From positions 22,036 through 86,035 of IMG/VR virus record IMGVR_UViG_3300028569_000023: 64,000 nucleotides of DNA; one strand, written 5' to 3'. Each line of letters begins with the position of its first letter. Within the stretch, counting starts at the first letter, position 1. Positions 50,431 to 61,169 of this stretch are shown piece after piece. A model generated the notes under the pieces. It was given only the letters and a program-made list of their open reading frames with translations. It did not search any database and was not told the origin of the DNA. The position numbers were made by a program, and so were the translations under genes. This DNA is from a virus.

Positions 50431-51783
50431 TTATGTTCCTAGAAGAGTAAAGCCTTTTACTGCTACTCGATCTTGCCCTGCTACGTTAATTGTAATTTTA
50501 GCAGTATAATGGGTTAAATCTGTTAGTAATAGAGCACTAACGGGTGTTATATGGAATAATCCCTGACCGTCTGGAGTGATTCCTGTTTGAGATAACCCGA
50601 CAACAGCAACGCCTGATTTATCATAAATCTGATAACTAGCAGTAGTCACTAGAGCGGCATCTGCGAGTTCATCGTTTACTGTAGACCAGAATGTAGCCTC
50701 AAGTTGATTTGTCGCATTGATAGAGAACGTAGCCTTACATGTGTAAGTAGTCGGACTTGCGTCTACTACAATGTTATGAGTTTTAACAGTACCATGAACA
50801 GTGAGAGTTACTCTTACGATATAGGATATAGTGGTATCTAAACTCGGAGATAAAGGAATAGGAATCGCAATGAAAAATCCGTTCGCATCAGCGGTAATGC
50901 CAGTTTCAGATAGACCGGGTACTGATACTCCATCTGCGGTGAATACTTCAAATGATCCAGTTCCTAGACCTGTGGTGATAACGTTTTGATTTTCAGTGAC
51001 CCAGAAGCTACCAATTAGATTGCTATCGTTATCAACAGAAGAAAGACCATCAATTGCATAGATTTCGGTGCCACTTTCGATTTTCACAAAGTTGACGCGA
51101 TCTTCACCATCTACACTGATAGTTACTTTAATTTCATAATGATCAGATGCATCATCTAGTAATGAAGATACGGCAGAAGCAACATATAAACCTTGGCTAT
51201 TTGCAGTAATACCGCTTCCGCTCATTCCTACGATAGCTGCGCCTAGTTTATCGTACACTTGATAACTAGCAGTTCCTAGGACGGCATCGGGAGTGATTGC
51301 TAAACTTGAGTTCTTGTTCGCCCACATTGTTATTCTAAATTGATTAGAATCATCTACTGAGAATGACGCTTTTGTTTCATACGTATCAATGGCAGTCAAT
51401 ACTCCTGTTGAAATTACGCTTTGTGAAACAAGGTTAGAATCGCGATTATTTACACCATCTATCGCTCGGACTCCAACGAAATACGTAGTTCCGTTTACGA
51501 GAAATGAACCATCAGGCATTGTGAAAATGTCATACTGAAGATTAGGAGTTACAGCGATGATATTAGTAGTATTGAATAAACCAGTAGCAGTGCTAGCTTG
51601 GATGTATACCTCGTATCGAATAGGAGGAGTAGGGTCAGTAGCTACCGACCATCCTGCTCGAATTTGTCCACGCGATTCTACATCTAGAAAATTAACACCT
51701 GCGAAAGTCGGAGGTGTTAAATCCACAATACAAGCATCACTTGTACCTTGATAGAAGTTATTATTAACCAGGAAGTTAGCCAT
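50431..51783 (-). CDS. Fn3/Ig-like repeat virion protein
   Basis: D.TPPTF...W..ATD...Y..Y...YFVGVRA.D (Fn3) plus three repeated Ig-like units. Confidence 0.65.
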   Translation of the reverse strand: MANFLVNNNFYQGTSDACIVDLTPPTFAGVNFLDVESRGQIRAGWSVATDPTPPIRYEVYIQASTATGLFNTTNIIAVTPNLQYDIFTMPDGSFLVNGTTYFVGVRAIDGVNNRDSNLVSQSVISTGVLTAIDTYETKASFSVDDSNQFRITMWANKNSSLAITPDAVLGTASYQVYDKLGAAIVGMSGSGITANSQGLYVASAVSSLLDDASDHYEIKVTISVDGEDRVNFVKIESGTEIYAIDGLSSVDNDSNLIGSFWVTENQNVITTGLGTGSFEVFTADGVSVPGLSETGITADANGFFIAIPIPLSPSLDTTISYIVRVTLTVHGTVKTHNIVVDASPTTYTCKATFSINATNQLEATFWSTVNDELADAALVTTASYQIYDKSGVAVVGLSQTGITPDGQGLFHITPVSALLLTDLTHYTAKITINVAGQDRVAVKGFTLLGT

Positions 51784-51786
51784 CTA

Positions 51787-53856
51787 TTAGCTCTCCCTGA
51801 TCGAAGGTCTTACGTCTACTCCAGGAGGGGATGTGAATGTATATCGAATCATCGTCCCTACGGTGTTAGGAATAGTACCAAGAGGTAGCCATGACATTCC
51901 GCTATCGGTCGAGTATTCGAAGTTCGCAGCATTGGTTACTGTATTGTTAGTAATCAATATCGCGTTAGTTAAATCCTGTGCTCTGTAGTATAAAGTAGGA
52001 ACGCTGCTGTTATACGCTTTTTTCAATCTAAATGCAGTTCTGGATGGAACGTTATTATCTGAGAAATCGTCAGAGAATTCCCAATTGTCAGAAATTTCAT
52101 CTAGAGATTCAAATCCTAAGAAGAATTCGGTGAGTTGAGCCGGAATAGAAGTATCTAATCCTAGCGTATTGAATGCGATTTTAAACTGAACCTGTTCACC
52201 TGCTGCTACTGAAGATAGATCTTCGGCGAAGCCGATAGCAACCCACCCTCCGGAGATAGACCCGAAACCTGATGTTCTATAGTATACTTGTAAAGAACCC
52301 GTTTCATCATATAATTTATCTGTAGTTGTGATAAACTTATACATGGCGTTATCTGAATCCATAACTTTAGTGACGATATAAGAATAATCTAATAGCGAAT
52401 CGGATCTGATATCGGATAGAACAACGCCACGCTGTCCGACGTTAGTGGTAGTTTGTACAACAAGCCATCCGTCCTCAATATCTAGAGCACCTACTGCAAT
52501 CCATTGTAACGAAATAGTATCACTCGTGAAAGTTTCTCTATATACGTTATTAGCTCCACCGAAAATCTTATCGATAGAATTGTTTACAATTTGTTTGGTA
52601 ACGAGTACGTTAGTGTTTGTAAGATATACTGCTCTATCTAATACGTTTGACCATGTTGCCAATGTTGCAGTAGGCCCGGTAATTTGGTTTGATGTTCCTA
52701 GTAAGTTAGATGTAACTAATGAGGGCCAGATTACTGCTCCGGATGTAAGTTCAGAAATTCTACCTAAGTATAAGTTAGATGATGTTCCAAAGAAGATACA
52801 TGGAAATCCAGAGTTTGCAGTATGGGAAGGTAATGCGTAATCTTCAGAATCGAGGGTTAATAGAGTTCCAGTTAGAGCGGGTAAGTTACCTGTTTTATGA
52901 ACCCATGCATCTCCAGTAGTTCCATATGCTCTACATACATCTACAGTTCCTGCTGTCGTAATGTTAATAATAGCACCGCCCGATGTTGCTGATACTTGAA
53001 AATCGTTAGCTGTTACGTTTCTTGTAAAATAAACAGTGTTATTGGTCAATCCGGCACCGCCGGATAGGTTAGTTAAGAAAATAGGAGTGTTGTCAACATA
53101 ACCATGTGTAGTGATAGTAATTCGATCAGTACCTGCGTCAATAGGAGCAGCTAGTGATAATGGGCAGTTAAGAGAGGCATTAGATGAATATACATAGAAC
53201 TGATGAGTAGCTGAAACTCCGTTATGAACGTATACTCTGTTATTAGCAGTATCCAGGCTTAACCCGGTTGCTATTGTATTTAACTGACCGACTCCGATAT
53301 TAGAAGGATCTTGTAACATATAAGATGCTTTCTGGTTTGAACCAGTAGCAGATGGAATTAAAGTACCTGGGCCTACTGCAAGGAAGTCTGATAGCGCGAC
53401 ATTGTTTACACAAAATAAACCTCCGCTAATAAGCACTGTTGCAGTCGTTGCGATAAAAATACGCCAGCCTGAAGTACCGGAGTCTATTACTTTTAATCCT
53501 CTCAATGATAGAATCGGGATAGTACCGTTTGCTACTTGCACTCGTATAGTACCAACGAATACAAAAGCCCCTGTTGCTAAATCAACAGTATGTAAACTTA
53601 TTGGTATAATACCTGTTGCTATATTTATAGTTCCAATGGAGAATAATCTACCATTAGGAGATAGATAAGTAAGAACAGGGGTTACTGAGGAAGATCCAGC
53701 AGTATCGGCAACCGTATCAACGAATTTATTTAGAGGAGGACCTAGAGCGTCGTCACCGTCGATAGTCTTAACTTGAACCCGACCTTGTATTGTAGTTTTA
53801 TTCTGATCGTAGGAACTTACGACATCTGCTAACAAATCTGCTTTTACGTATTTCAT
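51787..53856 (-). CDS. large beta-rich putative virion protein
   Basis: propeller-like strands with an inserted ITTHGY..N..I module. Confidence 0.55.
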   Translation of the reverse strand: MKYVKADLLADVVSSYDQNKTTIQGRVQVKTIDGDDALGPPLNKFVDTVADTAGSSSVTPVLTYLSPNGRLFSIGTINIATGIIPISLHTVDLATGAFVFVGTIRVQVANGTIPILSLRGLKVIDSGTSGWRIFIATTATVLISGGLFCVNNVALSDFLAVGPGTLIPSATGSNQKASYMLQDPSNIGVGQLNTIATGLSLDTANNRVYVHNGVSATHQFYVYSSNASLNCPLSLAAPIDAGTDRITITTHGYVDNTPIFLTNLSGGAGLTNNTVYFTRNVTANDFQVSATSGGAIINITTAGTVDVCRAYGTTGDAWVHKTGNLPALTGTLLTLDSEDYALPSHTANSGFPCIFFGTSSNLYLGRISELTSGAVIWPSLVTSNLLGTSNQITGPTATLATWSNVLDRAVYLTNTNVLVTKQIVNNSIDKIFGGANNVYRETFTSDTISLQWIAVGALDIEDGWLVVQTTTNVGQRGVVLSDIRSDSLLDYSYIVTKVMDSDNAMYKFITTTDKLYDETGSLQVYYRTSGFGSISGGWVAIGFAEDLSSVAAGEQVQFKIAFNTLGLDTSIPAQLTEFFLGFESLDEISDNWEFSDDFSDNNVPSRTAFRLKKAYNSSVPTLYYRAQDLTNAILITNNTVTNAANFEYSTDSGMSWLPLGTIPNTVGTMIRYTFTSPPGVDVRPSIRES

Positions 53857-53871
53857 TTTTATAATCCTTAT

Positions 53872-54807
53872 TTAAGTAATGGTCCAGTCGATAGAATCGC
53901 GACGATAGCGATTACTGACTAATGTGTATGAGAACGTTTTAATAGCTGTATATCCAGGTCCGGTCCCGATGCTAGGAGAGGTATATGTTATTTGAGTAAT
54001 GCGCTGGTTCTTTGTACCAAAATCCGCGTAAGAGATATATTGTTGACGGTCTTTTCCGGCAAGAATCTGAGAACGAATGTTATTAACAAAAGTAAACTCT
54101 GTACCTCCTGGTAGACCGTTTTCTGTACCTGACATTTTAATAGGTTCATCTGCTAATGATACAGAAATAGCAGATGCTCGTAATTGAGCATCTGTTAGCG
54201 AGTCAGAGCTTACAGAAACGGGAGATGCTCTCAATTGCGCATCAGTTAGTCCGTTAGTTGTGACAGAACCAGATACAGCAATAGGGGACGCTCTTAATTC
54301 TACATCTGTTAATCCATTTGTAGTGACAGATCCGGTGACAGTAGCGGAGATCGGCGAAGCTCGTAATTCGGCATCAGTTAAAGGACCTTCGACATTGATA
54401 GATCCGTTAGCATTAACCGTTAGAGTATTAGTTCCATCCCCGATTGCAACGGAATCATCAGCGGCGTCTAAATTGATTTCTAATTCGGTATTTTGAAGAA
54501 GAACATGCAACGCTCCACTTGTTGATTCAAGAGGATCGCCTTGTGAATCTTCGATTTGGACAGCAGTATCTCCTGCTAGTTTTACATCAAGTGCGTTTTT
54601 AGCACCTTCTGTTGAAATAGTTACGTTTTTTACACCGTCACTGATTGCAATATTATCACCGTCAGCGGCGTCAATATCTACTTCTAGGACGCCGATAGTC
54701 GCAGTGACTTCGGCATCGACTCGTAAACGGTCTTGGTCTTGATCAAATGATTGTCTAATTACCTGATCGGCATCTAACCCTGTATATGGTGTATTTGGTC
54801 CTGGCAT
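53872..54807 (-). CDS. putative virion fiber-like protein with LTDAxLRASP repeats
   Basis: four LTD.(E/Q)LRAS repeats at ~54170-54385. Confidence 0.6.
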   Translation of the reverse strand: MPGPNTPYTGLDADQVIRQSFDQDQDRLRVDAEVTATIGVLEVDIDAADGDNIAISDGVKNVTISTEGAKNALDVKLAGDTAVQIEDSQGDPLESTSGALHVLLQNTELEINLDAADDSVAIGDGTNTLTVNANGSINVEGPLTDAELRASPISATVTGSVTTNGLTDVELRASPIAVSGSVTTNGLTDAQLRASPVSVSSDSLTDAQLRASAISVSLADEPIKMSGTENGLPGGTEFTFVNNIRSQILAGKDRQQYISYADFGTKNQRITQITYTSPSIGTGPGYTAIKTFSYTLVSNRYRRDSIDWTIT

Positions 54808-54879
54808 AATCTATTATATAGTTGTTAATACTAATTATTTCTTAGACTTAGATTAGTTGGCGAGTTCGGATCTTTTCTG

Positions 54880-56934
54880 TTATTCTACTTGATCTCCGGG
54901 CACTACTGGTTCGTTCTCGAACGGAGCGGGAGGTTTAGGAAGACCGGGGACCGACTGGGTAGGATTAGAGACGGGTCCTACTGGTTCGCCCGGTTGAATG
55001 ATTCCGCCTTCAGGCTGAGTCATCTGTTCGATATTACCGGATTCCATGGACTGAGCACTAGGCTGAGGTTGACCTGGAGGTTGACCTGGAGGTTGACCAG
55101 CTTGCGGCATAGGTTGTAGCGGTTGTTCACCGATAAGGGCGAGAAGGTCAGGATCAACAGTTCTAAGCATATCGATATGTTCTTGAATATGTTGATTTAA
55201 TTGCTGCATTAACCCTGCATCAAGACGCACGTCAGGATCGGAAGCTAAGGACTTATGTTCCATAATGTGAATACGATGAGCGTCATAAATACTTGTAATT
55301 ACAGGCTTACCTTCGAGCATGTTCTCGTTCTCGCGTTTAATGAGGAACAATTCAGCCATGTCGCCTTCGAACATTGTTTCAAGTTTACCGCCTTCGATAA
55401 CTTGGAAGTATTGTTGAGGGTTCTTAATGAGTTTCATTTGGAGCATCTGTTCGGCCATTTGGACACGACCTGCGATAGTGCGAGCTAGAGGATTACCTAA
55501 GTCCACGATAACACGGGAGATTTGAGTAATGTCTTCACCTGTGAACTCTTTAAGTAGAGGCTTATTGTTTTTACCAACAAGAGCAACAAGACGGGGAGTA
55601 TGTGCGAAATCCTTAAGAATATCGAGTAGTCCAGTTCCTGTGTCTTCTACTAGCTTAACATAGCTTTGTTGAAATCCAGAGATGAACTGGAGTGCCATAG
55701 ATTGAACTAGAGCCAAGGATGATCCAGAACGAAGAGATGCTTCAGGATTACCACGAGCTACCGAGTTGACACCGGAGATCGTTTCAGCGGCCTGGATGAG
55801 CATATCTAGGAATTTGAAAGATTCTTCAGGGGTTGCTAGAAGTTGGAGTACTTCAGGCTTAGCATCTGCTTCAATGATATTCAATCCGCCATCAAGGTTA
55901 TTAACGTTGAAATTAGCATTACGAGGAACATAGAGGTTATGAACTCCGAATGCGTTCTGGTTTGTCATAATTGAGCTATAGATGGAGTTAATACATTGTT
56001 GTATAGGGAAGATGTCGAACATTGGGGTATAACCGTATGATGTACCCAGGAATGTCCCAGGGGCAATACGGAATACAGGGATGCGGCGATAGGGCATCTT
56101 GGTATCAAGAAGAACACATTCCGTACTAACGAACAGCATATAACGACCATCGGGTAGTGCTTCTGTTGGTTTATGGAAGAACTCGTATACTGCAACATCA
56201 TCGGTATCGTCGTTTGAGAACATTTGAAGACTATACTTGTCGAGTTCACGTTTCGAGGGAATACCACGAATTGTGTCTGCTCTTTCTGGGTACTTAGCCA
56301 TTAGATCGAAACGGTTTTGGAAAGAACGAACCATTACCCATTGGTGATTCCATGATTCTTTAGTTCCGTCAAATATAACATCTAGAGGGGAAGGGTTTGA
56401 GAATTCAATGTCGCCCTGATATGAGAATTCTCCGGTTTCAGGATCTGCATCATAGGCTTCACCTGCTGTAGCATTCCATTCCATTTTAATATAACCAGAA
56501 CCTAATACTACACCATATTCGACTGCCCGTTTAATCGCTTCTTCCATTCCTTTTTCACGCATATAGTAATCAAGGATACCAGTAGCGAGATAAGTTTGAG
56601 CTTGTGATTTATAATCGGTATTAATAGGACGAGCGTCCATTGACGGACGGTTCGATGTGATCATCGTATAGATATGCTGCGCAATGTTACGGAAGTGGTT
56701 AACGGGAAGAACTACCAGTTCTCCTTGTTCACCAGTGAAGTTGATTTGATGATCGGAATATGCATTATCGGTATAAACACCATGATACGCTTTCCACATC
56801 TTATGAAATTTATCGACATATGCGTTTCCTCCCATTACGTTGAAGAACGTGTACGATTTGTGTAAAAGGTTACTGGCGCATTCTTCCGGCGCGGCCCCTG
56901 CAAAATACTCTCTTGATGTTTCTGGAATTTTCAT
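54880..56934 (-). CDS. portal protein
   Basis: follows TerL; N....I.........RP, G.GYIKMEWN, ETISGVN..ARG; Pro/Gln tail. Confidence 0.85.
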   Translation of the reverse strand: MKIPETSREYFAGAAPEECASNLLHKSYTFFNVMGGNAYVDKFHKMWKAYHGVYTDNAYSDHQINFTGEQGELVVLPVNHFRNIAQHIYTMITSNRPSMDARPINTDYKSQAQTYLATGILDYYMREKGMEEAIKRAVEYGVVLGSGYIKMEWNATAGEAYDADPETGEFSYQGDIEFSNPSPLDVIFDGTKESWNHQWVMVRSFQNRFDLMAKYPERADTIRGIPSKRELDKYSLQMFSNDDTDDVAVYEFFHKPTEALPDGRYMLFVSTECVLLDTKMPYRRIPVFRIAPGTFLGTSYGYTPMFDIFPIQQCINSIYSSIMTNQNAFGVHNLYVPRNANFNVNNLDGGLNIIEADAKPEVLQLLATPEESFKFLDMLIQAAETISGVNSVARGNPEASLRSGSSLALVQSMALQFISGFQQSYVKLVEDTGTGLLDILKDFAHTPRLVALVGKNNKPLLKEFTGEDITQISRVIVDLGNPLARTIAGRVQMAEQMLQMKLIKNPQQYFQVIEGGKLETMFEGDMAELFLIKRENENMLEGKPVITSIYDAHRIHIMEHKSLASDPDVRLDAGLMQQLNQHIQEHIDMLRTVDPDLLALIGEQPLQPMPQAGQPPGQPPGQPQPSAQSMESGNIEQMTQPEGGIIQPGEPVGPVSNPTQSVPGLPKPPAPFENEPVVPGDQVE

Positions 56935-56936
56935 AA

Positions 56937-58376
56937 TTATCTCCGTTTAGTTTTTACGTTAAATATCTTTTGATATGCTTGAAGTTGACTAGGTTTAAAT
57001 GCATCGGGATTATTTATATACAGATCCCGTTGATCATATCCATATGTAGTAGGGTAAGGATTACGGTTATAATTGACAGCTCTTGTTAAATAAATACAAG
57101 CATCCACAGCATCGTAGTGTCCGTTATCGGGAGAACGCGCGAAAGCGTGAGTATCTTGCTTTTTACGCTTAACATTCTCTAAATGTTGAATAAGAGTTGT
57201 GCATTTAGGGTTAATGATGATCCGTTTTTGGGCCAACATTACTCGAAGATTGTTAATAGCCGCTTCTTTATTATCTTTATCGGCAATAACGAAGTGTAAA
57301 GCTCCGCCTGAGTATTTAGAAAGCTCACTCATCACGATATAATCGATATCGCTGACTCGTTTAACAGGACGTTGAACTTCACCGGAGTATACGTTGGTCC
57401 AAAGGTATTCTTCCATCTTTAATATATCATTAGTTAGAACAGGAAGATGTAAATCTTGACCGGACCTAACAATTTCGGATTCAATAATGAGTTTACTAGA
57501 TCTGAAGTCGTAATAACCAAATAAAACAACAGTTAAGTCTTTAAATCCTACGTCCATTGCTACATATGATTCGAAATGAGGAGGACGAGGCCATTCTTTT
57601 ACGATTTCAGCTTTAAGTGCTTCATCGAACTCTGGAAGTACTGATGTTTTTGAATCTTTAATGAATTCACACATGTACTCGCGACGGAATGCTTCAGTTT
57701 TCTCACCACCGCATTCTTCGATAGCAGATTTAAGCATTTCGGCATCAAGCATCGGATTATCGTAGATAGTTTTCTTAACAAGAGTACCGTTAGCTTGTGC
57801 CATTTCGACAAACATATTGAAATCATGTTCAGCTTCACGAGGAGGAGTAGAAGCGAAGATCATTTTACCTTTTGTCATAAGAGTAGTAGGGCTTAGAATA
57901 GAAGTTACGTTATATTCTAGGTTATCGCAGAATCCAGCCTCGTCGATAATGACTAAATGGGCATCGCCGCCTCGAAGACGTTCACAGTGTCCTTTATCCG
58001 TACCTGCTAATTGAATTTGAGCACCGTTTTTAAACATATACGTATACTTTTTCTTAAAATACGTAGGTTTAATGTCTTCAGGACAGTCATCGAGGATCTT
58101 TTGGAAGATAGGCTCAATGTTCGATTCCATTTGGTCTTTAGTTGGAGCTAAGACCTTAACGATGTGATTAGGATTACGAAGACAATGTTCGATAGCGAGT
58201 GTTACCAGCGCATAAGACTTACCGGAACGACGGGCTAGTACCCAAACGTGACGTTTAATATCGGAATTGTAGAAAAGTTCATACATTAACTGCTGGTTAA
58301 CGTTAAGTTTCCACTTAAGGACACCGCGTCGCCAGAGTTCAGAGATAATCTGTTTCTTATTTATCGTCTTTTCCAT
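56937..58376 (-). CDS. terL: terminase large subunit
   Basis: RRSGKS, VIIDEAG, ASTPP, FRREYMCEF, AMDVG, HYDAVDA. Confidence 0.93.
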   Translation of the reverse strand: MEKTINKKQIISELWRRGVLKWKLNVNQQLMYELFYNSDIKRHVWVLARRSGKSYALVTLAIEHCLRNPNHIVKVLAPTKDQMESNIEPIFQKILDDCPEDIKPTYFKKKYTYMFKNGAQIQLAGTDKGHCERLRGGDAHLVIIDEAGFCDNLEYNVTSILSPTTLMTKGKMIFASTPPREAEHDFNMFVEMAQANGTLVKKTIYDNPMLDAEMLKSAIEECGGEKTEAFRREYMCEFIKDSKTSVLPEFDEALKAEIVKEWPRPPHFESYVAMDVGFKDLTVVLFGYYDFRSSKLIIESEIVRSGQDLHLPVLTNDILKMEEYLWTNVYSGEVQRPVKRVSDIDYIVMSELSKYSGGALHFVIADKDNKEAAINNLRVMLAQKRIIINPKCTTLIQHLENVKRKKQDTHAFARSPDNGHYDAVDACIYLTRAVNYNRNPYPTTYGYDQRDLYINNPDAFKPSQLQAYQKIFNVKTKRR

Positions 58377-58803
58377 TGCTTAATAGTAGAACTAGATTAT
58401 CACTTGGAATATCTTTGACTTTTTCGGACTCGTCTACTTCTTTAGGCTTAATATTCCCTAAAACCTTAGAGTAGATCTCGATTTTACGAGCTTCTTCAAG
58501 AGTTAATTCACGATTCATCGCATGACTGCGTATAATTGCTAGTTGTGAGCGACAAATCATCTCTTGATCGTTATCTTCTAGTGTTAGAAGATCCTTAACG
58601 TTGATACTAGGCATCGAACTCATTGAAGAAACAACAGCTTTTGCTGAATTTTCGCTAAGTTTTTGTTTAAGTTCGTGTACATGTTCTTTCAACTCTTCGT
58701 TTTCTTTAGAAAGTTCAATAGTTTGACGATATAAAGAGTCAGCGAACTGCTTGAGTTGCTCTGGATCTTTAAATGAATTGATAGTTTTACCTACCGAGTC
58801 CAT
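58357..58803 (-). CDS. hypothetical protein, terminase small subunit candidate
   Basis: helical ORF immediately upstream of and overlapping terL. Confidence 0.4.
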   Translation of the reverse strand: MDSVGKTINSFKDPEQLKQFADSLYRQTIELSKENEELKEHVHELKQKLSENSAKAVVSSMSSMPSINVKDLLTLEDNDQEMICRSQLAIIRSHAMNRELTLEEARKIEIYSKVLGNIKPKEVDESEKVKDIPSDNLVLLLSNGKDDK

Positions 58804-59110
58804 TAGATCCTCCGTTTCGTTGAAGTTTCATGCTTGAAATGTAAGAACGGTTTTCGTTTATAACTAAATCCTGAGCAGCTAGACGTGTTTCTAATTGAAC
58901 TTCTAGTTTTTTCACGGATTCTTCTGATTTATTTAAGAGTTGACGGATTTCATCTAGTTTTTTATCGTTACTTTTATGTTCATATAGATATGCAATAAGA
59001 CCGACGACAATGCCGAATCCTACTTCTTGCCAATTTACACCTAAAATCAGAGACTTAAGGAAGAAAAGCAAAAAGGCTACTAGTGGCAGATGCTTAAGTT
59101 GAAGTTTCAT
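58787..59110 (-). CDS. membrane protein with coiled coil
   Basis: two N-terminal TM segments. Confidence 0.6.
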   Translation of the reverse strand: MKLQLKHLPLVAFLLFFLKSLILGVNWQEVGFGIVVGLIAYLYEHKSNDKKLDEIRQLLNKSEESVKKLEVQLETRLAAQDLVINENRSYISSMKLQRNGGSNGLGR

Positions 59111-59276
59111 AAATGTCCTAACTATTTAAAATCAAAGATATATTTAGCGTTAACCACTTTTATGTTAATTGTCTTACTAAAGACTGTTGGAATTGCTATT
59201 TCTATCCTTACTTCTATAGTTGTTAAAGAATTAAAACCTTGTTTTTATTACGTAATATAGAATAACAACTATAATT

Positions 59277-59696
59277 ATGCTCACTTTAAAACGGTATCTA
59301 ACCGCCGATAATAAATACCCAGACCGTGAAACTCATAAAGAACTCAACGATGAGATTAAAAAGAACGCTGAAGATCTCTTGAAGAGAGTGAACGCTCTAC
59401 TCGCTGATCTAGGTATCGATAAAGTAGCAGTTAGTTCCGGGTTTAGACCTTCTGGTGTGAACGCTAACACTCCAGGTTCTGCTAAAAAATCCGCCCACAT
59501 GAGAGGGTCTGCTATCGATCTGTCAGATGATAAGAGTCAAACTATTTGTAAGAAAATATTAGCTAAGCCTGAGCTTTTAAAGAAACATGGACTGTGGATG
59601 GAAGATCCTGCGCGCACTATTGGGAAGAATACAAACTGGACACACTTAGATACAGTGGTTCGTAAAGATCGTCCTATTCAAGTATTCAAACCCTAA
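59277..59696 (+). CDS. endolysin, peptidase M15 family
   Basis: SSGFRP..NA...AKKSAH..G.AIDL...WTHLD. Confidence 0.85.
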   Translation: MLTLKRYLTADNKYPDRETHKELNDEIKKNAEDLLKRVNALLADLGIDKVAVSSGFRPSGVNANTPGSAKKSAHMRGSAIDLSDDKSQTICKKILAKPELLKKHGLWMEDPARTIGKNTNWTHLDTVVRKDRPIQVFKP

Positions 59697-59980
59697 AAGT
59701 TTTTAATAGCTTTATAGTTAGCACGCATTTGAAGATCAACTTCGAGGTTATGGATTTTCTCCAGTTCGAACCAATTCTCTAGTTCTTTACGTAAAATAGC
59801 GCATGTTCCACGTAAAGCCTGAACTTGTTTTATAAATTCAAAATGGTAATAGTTCTTGGCTTTAATATCAGAAACTTGTTTAATCCCCGTATCGAGCGCT
59901 TTAATATAATTCATAGCATAAATAGCATCTTGCATTTTACCTACAAGTTTAATTTTAGAATGCATTAGGCTCAACTCCAT
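59693..59980 (-). CDS. hypothetical protein
   Basis: ORF; start uncertain. Confidence 0.45.
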   Translation of the reverse strand: MELSLMHSKIKLVGKMQDAIYAMNYIKALDTGIKQVSDIKAKNYYHFEFIKQVQALRGTCAILRKELENWFELEKIHNLEVDLQMRANYKAIKNF

Positions 59981-59981
59981 A

Positions 59982-60209
59982 CTAACAGTTGTACGATTTA
60001 ATATCGTCATCTTCTAGAATATAAGACTCAAGCGAATAGAAAGATAATCGCATTAGTTCTTCATCGTCGCATATATCCATTATCATGTCTAGACACATTT
60101 GAATGTAGAAATCCTGACTTGCATTTAGAATAGCGAATTCGACAATAGTCTTATCGAATCCTTTTACTATAAGGTATTCTTTAATAAACTTATTAGAATA
60201 TTTAACCAT
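59982..60209 (-). CDS. hypothetical protein
   Basis: ORF in the operon. Confidence 0.5.
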   Translation of the reverse strand: MVKYSNKFIKEYLIVKGFDKTIVEFAILNASQDFYIQMCLDMIMDICDDEELMRLSFYSLESYILEDDDIKSYNC

Positions 60210-60669
60210 TCTTATTACAACTCTCTTTTACGTATTGATTCACATGGTTCAAAAGAACACTCATTCCTGAAAAATTAGGAAGAGACGAGTTCATAATATG
60301 ACCTCTGAATTTATTTACATGATACGGTTGATTCAAGAAACAATGAATCATCTCATGTGCCATTAGTGTCATGCGGTCCAAGTCGTCAAAATTATTCCAA
60401 AAACTCTTAAGTAATTGTATTTTACGATACGAACTGCCTGGATACGCCCAGCATTGACCGACTATAAAAGGACTTTCAAATTTATCAACTAGTTCTATTT
60501 CAATATTATTAAATTGAGTGTAGCTGCCTTTTTTACAGTTCTCTGTGATTATATTAGCAACCGTTATAAATTCATGATGTACGTCTTGGGGTATAACCAC
60601 TTTTGACGTGGCACATGAAAATAATCCTATTAAAAATAAGATACTACTCAGTAGGTTCACTATCTTCAT
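60202..60669 (-). CDS. lipoprotein zinc metallopeptidase
   Basis: lipobox-like LFSC; HEMIHC..QPYH and Met-turn HIMN. Confidence 0.72.
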   Translation of the reverse strand: MKIVNLLSSILFLIGLFSCATSKVVIPQDVHHEFITVANIITENCKKGSYTQFNNIEIELVDKFESPFIVGQCWAYPGSSYRKIQLLKSFWNNFDDLDRMTLMAHEMIHCFLNQPYHVNKFRGHIMNSSLPNFSGMSVLLNHVNQYVKESCNKNG

Positions 60670-60940
60670 TTTTAACTTTCTTAGATTGAGCTTTTTGTTT
60701 CATCTTTTCAGAATGACAATCTGGACACATAAGACCGTTCCATAATCTACCATCAGGGCCGCGCCACCGATAGTCTTTAGCATTAAATCTACCGTCCCTA
60801 ATGCGTGGTTTATGTTCACCACATTTCCGACAAATCTTTAATTCGATTACCACTTCTTCCAGTTTAAGATCCGTGATTTTATCTTCGTTACGGATAACGA
60901 TATCATCGTCGTTAGTCGACCCTTTTACCTTGTTCGTCAT
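60644..60940 (-). CDS. zinc-finger protein
   Basis: CRKC...CPDC. Confidence 0.6.
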   Translation of the reverse strand: MTNKVKGSTNDDDIVIRNEDKITDLKLEEVVIELKICRKCGEHKPRIRDGRFNAKDYRWRGPDGRLWNGLMCPDCHSEKMKQKAQSKKVKNEDSEPTE

Positions 60941-61169
60941 AAGTAATCCCTTCTCCGGTCAATGGATTTTGTAATTTAATAAAAAGATGACCGTCTTCGA
61001 TGACACACTTGACAGGAACAAGTGGTCCTAAGAACATCTTAGTTGATTGTTCGCACTGCTTAATTCTAGCGGAACGTTCTGCTGCTTCTATAGCATTTTC
61101 TCGTTCTAGAACGAGAACTCCTGCTAAAATTAAAGCGATGCCTACTTTTAGTAATTTAGATAAGTTCAT
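60912..61169 (-). CDS. small secreted or membrane protein
   Basis: N-terminal hydrophobic segment, Cys pair. Confidence 0.55.
   Translation of the reverse strand: MNLSKLLKVGIALILAGVLVLERENAIEAAERSARIKQCEQSTKMFLGPLVPVKCVIEDGHLFIKLQNPLTGEGITYDEQGKRVD

Noticed and set aside
21640-58014. Many short + strand ORFs antisense to virion genes
   Set aside because: Shadow ORFs of codon-biased - strand genes, with no RBS or motifs
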